Of a stretch of DNA of 64,000 nucleotides, positions 1-64,000 are shown piece after piece. The notes beneath the pieces were generated by a model, which saw only the letters and a program-made list of their open reading frames with translations, was not told the DNA's origin and ran no database searches. Every line of letters starts with the position of its first letter. Within the stretch, counting starts at the first letter, position 1. The stretch is from the human T2T-CHM13v2.0 reference genome, Homo sapiens. The stretch lies in assembly GCF_009914755.1 (NCBI RefSeq), contig NC_060927.1. One strand, written 5' to 3'. Both the position numbers and the translations under genes were made by a program.

Positions 1-1189
1 GTTGGGCCCCAAGTCTAGTTTGGGGTATATCTCCTCCAAAATGGCCAATTAATTCCTTAAAGTATCACTCATTCATGCTACTCTCTACCTCAGGTCCTTC
101 CATCATAGAATCACAGGATCAGAGAATTTTAGAGTTAGGAGGAGCCTTAGAGATGTGATTCAACTCTCTCCAAAGGGACCCCTACTATTATATCTTAGGG
201 TCTGTATATTCTAAATATTTTTTTCACTTTTCCTTTGGCATGGGAAACTTTGAATTTTGGAAAAGCTGGAAATTTAGCACTGCCTGCTGACTTCATGTAC
301 CAAATCCAAACTTCAAGATGTTACAAAAGAGACAGGTTGAGCCATCAAAGGACCAAGAGTCATAGAAAGAGTGGCTTCCCCTGAATAACTACAGGGCTGG
401 AAGAGGGGATTGGGAGTGGTAGAGCCTAGATTATAGCACTGGTCATTTTCTTTTCTGAGAGGCTGCCCTATTCTATATCCATCTTATCTGGAGGAATACA
501 AATTTCACCCTGTTCCCAGGCATATATTACTTGCCAAGGGAATTAAAATAAGCTTATATCTGAAGAAAATTATTCATTTCAGAAGCATGAACAATAAAAA
601 AGACAGACTAATCAGAATAACTTATACAAAAACAGTGTAAATAATGGAAAAGACGAATAGGAATGTGAAGTGAAAATAGTGAGACATACTATGTTGGGGC
701 AGGTAAGGGAATATTATTTGGTACCCAAAGGATAGCAATTTGGCAGTATCCAAAGAAACTTAAAGTAAATATACTTTTTACTCAGCAGTTCCACCTCTAC
801 AAAATTAAGCTATTGCTACTATTTTGGAGCCAAGACATGCAAAGTGGGAATTTGAGCTGAAGAAAGAATGGGAGCAGAGCTAAGCCAAGGGATGTGGGCA
901 TGAATGGCCACCTGGGGTAGGTACTCTGGGCTCCAGTGTTCATAAGCAAAACTCAACTGAGCTTTACTGGGTTGAGACCAGCTTAATCTTACTCTCTAAA
1001 CATACACCCAACCTAAAGAAGGATGTATACACAGCTCTGAACATTTACTGGCTTCTGAATTCACGTGGCTGTACAGAAAGGCCTCCTCTTTATCTTTGAA
1101 TTCTTATGATCTCCTATATTTAAAGAGCATCAGTGAAAATATGAAATAAGGAGATCTAAAAATTCTCTTCTCCACAGAAAGCCCATAGT

Positions 1190-2715
1190 AATGGATTGTA
1201 AAACAATATTAAGATGCTAAAACTCCATAAATTTATCTACCTGTTCAATGAAATTCCTATCAAAATCCAGATGCCTTTTCTTTTTTTTTTTCAGAAATTG
1301 ACAAGGTGATTCTAAAACACATATAGAAATGCACAGGGCTCAGAATAGCCAAAACAACCTTGAAAAAGAACAAAGTTGAAGGACTCACACTTTCCAACTT
1401 CAAAACTTTCTAAAAGGTAGCATAATCAAGACTATGTGATACTGGCATAAGGACAGAAATATAGATGAATAGAATACAATTGAGAGTCTAAAAATAAACC
1501 CATCCACTCATAGTAAATTTGTTTTTGATGAGGGTGTGAAGACAATTCAATGGTGAAAGAAAAGTCTTTTCAACAAATGGTACTAGGACAACGGTAATTG
1601 TATATCCACATACGAAAGAGTGAAATTGTATCCCTACCTCACCCCATACACAAAACAACTTAAAATGGGTTAAAGAACTAAATGCAAGGCTAAACTATAA
1701 AATGCTTAGAAGAAAACATACAAGTAACTCTTCATGACTGTAGGCAATGGTGTTTTAGATATGACACTAAAAGCACTAGGAACAAAATAAAACAAAAAAC
1801 CTCATATAAATTGGACTTCATCAAATTTAAAATCACTTGTGCCTCAAAGGACACATTTAAAAAGTGAAAATACAACACACAGAATGGCAGGAGTATATTA
1901 GCAAGTCATATATCTGCTAAGCATGTAGTATTCTAGCATCTAGAGTATATAAAGAATTTTTATATTACAACAATAAAAGACAAAAAACCCAGTTAAAAAT
2001 GGGTAAAGCATTTAAATAGATGTTTCACCAAATAAGAGATACAAATGGCCATTAAGTACCTGAAAAGATAACATCATTCATCATTAGGGCAATGCAAATG
2101 AAAACCATTTATACCCACTAGAATGGCTATAATAACAAAATGGAAAATAAGTGTTGATGGCAATGTGGAGAAGTTGGGACCTTTATACACTGCTGCTGAG
2201 AATGTAAAATAGTGTGGCCACTTTGGAAAACAATTTTGCAGTTTCTCAAAATGTTAAACATAGAGTTATGATAAGACCAAATATTTCACTCCTAGGTACC
2301 TAGTCCAGATAAATGAAAATATATATTCACACCAGCATGTACATAAGTGTTCATAGCAGTATTATTTATAATAGCCCAAAGTAGAAACAACCCAAATGTT
2401 CATCAACTGACAATTAATGTTTTAAATTATATATATATATATCTATATCCATACAATGGAATATTACTCAGCCATAAAAAAGAATTAAGTACTGATACAT
2501 ACCATAACATGGATAAACCTTGAAAACATACTAAATGAAAGAAGCCAAACATAAAGGCCACATATTGTATGATTCTGTTTATACAAAATGTCCAGAATAG
2601 GCAAATCCATAGAGAAAGCAAGTAGATCAGTGCCAGCACCTATAGAAGGGGAGTGGGGGAATGGGGAATGACTGCTATGGGTTTGGGGTTTCTTTTTGGG
2701 GTGATAAAAATGTTG
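1190..2715 (+). mobile_element. Old L1 (L1M/L1MB-like) ORF2 3' end and 3'UTR fragment
   Basis: L1 motifs aaaaagaacaaagttgaaggactcacac, ttcaacaaatggtactagga, acaatggaatattactcagccataaaaaagaa; frames disrupted. Confidence 0.85.
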
Positions 2716-3199
2716 TTTCCCCTGAACTGGGGGCTTAATCTAAATGATTTATAGGGTCTTCTCCACATCCAGCTTCCAATGATTCTATCAATCTTCCTGA
2801 ATGAGTAACAATTTCAAAAGGACTCTAAAAATCAGCCCTTACACCTTTGGTATCTGTTTTAAGGGAGATCTATTTTTTGAGTATCGGCCATTTAAATCTA
2901 TTTCTATTCTTATAAAGAACAAACTCTGATTTGGTTAAATTCCTGAGATTTTAATTTCCCATGAAGCATTCTGATTGATTGTGAACTATGTGGAAAAACC
3001 AAACCTAAGGTAGTTTGTGAAATTGAGCATAACTGTAAGTGAGGAAGCAGTTTTCACAAAGGCTTAGTGAAGGAAGAGACGTGTAGCTGTTGGCTTTTTA
3101 AGCCAAATTATAAACATATACGATAGTGGCATAACAATAAAGGGTAGAGAATAGTGACTACATAAATTTTGCGAGGACAGTAATTTTGTATAAAGCTTA

Positions 3200-3430
3200 T
3201 GACACAGTGGTTAAGAGGTTAGGTGATGCAATTGCTTCGTCTGGGTTAGTACTGTGGATCGATCTACCTCTTACCAAGCCATTTGGTGCTTCAGTTTCCT
3301 TTTCTGTCACATAAGTGTAGTAATTGTACCTCCCTATAAGATTGTTGTGAGGATTAAATTAGATGACACTTGTCAAGCACTGAGAAAGGTGTTTGAGCCT
3401 TGGCCAGGGCTCAGCAAACATTAGCATTAA
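3200..3430 (+). mobile_element. MIR SINE
   Basis: cagtggttaagag...cttcagtttccttttctgt...gttgtgaggattaaa. Confidence 0.65.
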
Positions 3431-3622
3431 TATTTTCAACAAATACTCCAAATGCTTGATGAATTTTATAAACACACTTGGCACTGCTTGACAAATACTT
3501 GTTTACAGGTACCATGCCCTAATACAACTATCCTGACAGTTACTTAATGGTATAAAATAAAATTTTTCATAATGTAAATAATTTTCTTTTGCAGAACAAA
3601 AGTAAAAATCTTCACTAACAAA

Positions 3623-61928
<58,306 letters not shown>

Positions 61929-62099
61929 GTAAGAATTTCTCTTGGCAACTTCTTTAATTTTAAGATAGAGGTAGGTATTGTGATAGGGCAGGATGGGAGT
62001 GGTAGAGAGTCAAGAAATATATGTGGCCTCTTGAAAACTCCTTTACAGTTTTCACAGCTATATTGTTGTCAATGTCTGTGAAATCCAATCCTGAATAAT

Positions 62100-62640
<541 letters not shown>

Positions 62641-63921
62641 CATGAACATGCTGCCCTGCCAGCCCTCTACTGCTCTGGTGTTTCTCAAATTTGTTATCTG
62701 CTTGCTGTTGCTCACAGAACAGCTGGCCTTAACCAGTGATGGAAGAAGTTCAGGGGATCTTTGAACCCCTATGGTGGTGCAAAACATTTGATGTATATGA
62801 ACATTTTTCCCAAAAGAGGTCCTGTCACTTTTGGATCCACAGATTCTCAAGGGATCAGTGCTCCCCTTCCCTTCCTCCTAAGAAACTTAAAAACCTCTTC
62901 ATCTGTTCAACAACTTTTCAGTATATTCAGATTATCCATAAAATACATTCTTCTGGAGCTGTGTAAAGCCATCATGTCCTTCAAGAGATTATAAAGGTCT
63001 ATTTTTATAAAAAATGTACAATTTCTACCATATAAAGAGAAAGAATCTCTCTATAACATGGAGAGAATCAATCTGTTCCTAACACATCCAAGCGTTTTTT
63101 GGAAATAGGAGCCACAGAGAGTTACAACAGATCCTGACAAAAAGGATTGCAGGAAGTCAAAGTCCTGTGGTTTTCAGTTTTTCTTTTTGAAATTTTTCTG
63201 CCTCCTTAATTTTTCTCTCTGGGGAAAATAAGTGACTTTCAGCTTTGAGAGTTGCATAAAATTCCAGAATACAAGAAATCTTAATAAGACATCAAATTTA
63301 ATCCTTATCTTCAGATAGGACTGCACCAAAGCCCTCAGAATCCCCAATGAGAAAGAGTCTCCAGTCATTCTTGTTAACAAATCATTTTAAATTTGCATCA
63401 TATCTACAGAGAAGGTGACCCAGGAAGCTATCTGGTTCTCATCACTCTGCTCTTGCCAGATAATAACCCCACACAGTCATTCTGACTGCATATCACGCCT
63501 TGAGCAGTGCTCCCTTTAGTCATTCTTTATTCTTCCCTGCCTTGCACTCTTCTCCACTCAGGACATCCTCCTCTCTGTCCCCCTCTCTCAATTCCCTCCT
63601 TCCAATCCTCTTCATCAAGTCCTCACTGCTTCAAATCTGAAGGCATAGAGCTGCTACCCTTGGTGTCTGAGAGTGTCTGTTTCCCCTCATACTTACCCAC
63701 ACTGGATTTTACCTATTGAGCTTTTTAAATGTTTGCCGATTGGGTAGGTAAATAAGAGTTTCTTGTTGTTTTGATTATATTCCTGTGTGAGGTTAAACAT
63801 TTTTTCATATGTTTATTGCCCATTTTTATTTTTCTGTGAAACTCACCTCACATCCCTTGTATCCCTTGTTTTTGGCATTATTATTTCTTTTGGCAAGTCT
63901 GCTCTAAAATAGTTTGCCTTA

Positions 63922-64000
63922 CCTTTTTTTTTATTTCTTCTAAAAAAAAAAACAAAAACAAAAAAAAACAGGATACATGTGCAGAACATGCCGGTTTGTT
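63922..64000 (-). mobile_element. L1PA 3' end running off the window
   Basis: tttttatttcttct(a)n...ggatacatgtgcagaacatg. Confidence 0.75.

Noticed and set aside
1-3594. COL6A5 promoter upstream of the ATG exon
   Set aside because: The ATG exon is preceded by a splice acceptor, and the upstream DNA is L1/MIR-rich with no CpG island. The TSS is probably outside the window.
63922-64000. Poly-A tract next to an antisense L1 end, suggesting an inversion or a retrocopy tail
   Set aside because: As I recall, the ttcttct(a)n-ggatacatgtgcag layout is a normal feature of some L1PA 3' ends, and the element is cut by the window edge.

Overview
Primate (most likely human) genomic DNA covering most of the collagen type VI alpha-5 gene (COL6A5/COL29A1) on the + strand. 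I read 32 coding exons from the sequence, all with AG/GT boundaries and consistent phases. They join into one open frame of 5733 nt (1911 codons): signal peptide, seven N-terminal VWA domains, a 336-residue interrupted Gly-X-Y helix in 27-72 nt phase-0 exons, a 12-nt microexon, and most of the first C-terminal VWA domain. The promoter/first exon and the 3' end are not in the window. Introns carry Alu, L1, L2, MIR, MER/Tigger DNA transposon and LTR remnants, including an intact sense-oriented MER11 solo LTR. I see no evidence of a new multi-gene system. The best leads are isoform/regulatory hypotheses: a stop-free in-frame 117-nt intron, the microexon, a second helix Cys plus Gly substitutions, a TGCATG array, and the LTR poly(A) signal/G-tract. 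Repeat subfamily names come from recalled consensus motifs, and repeat ends are approximate unless a TSD is quoted.
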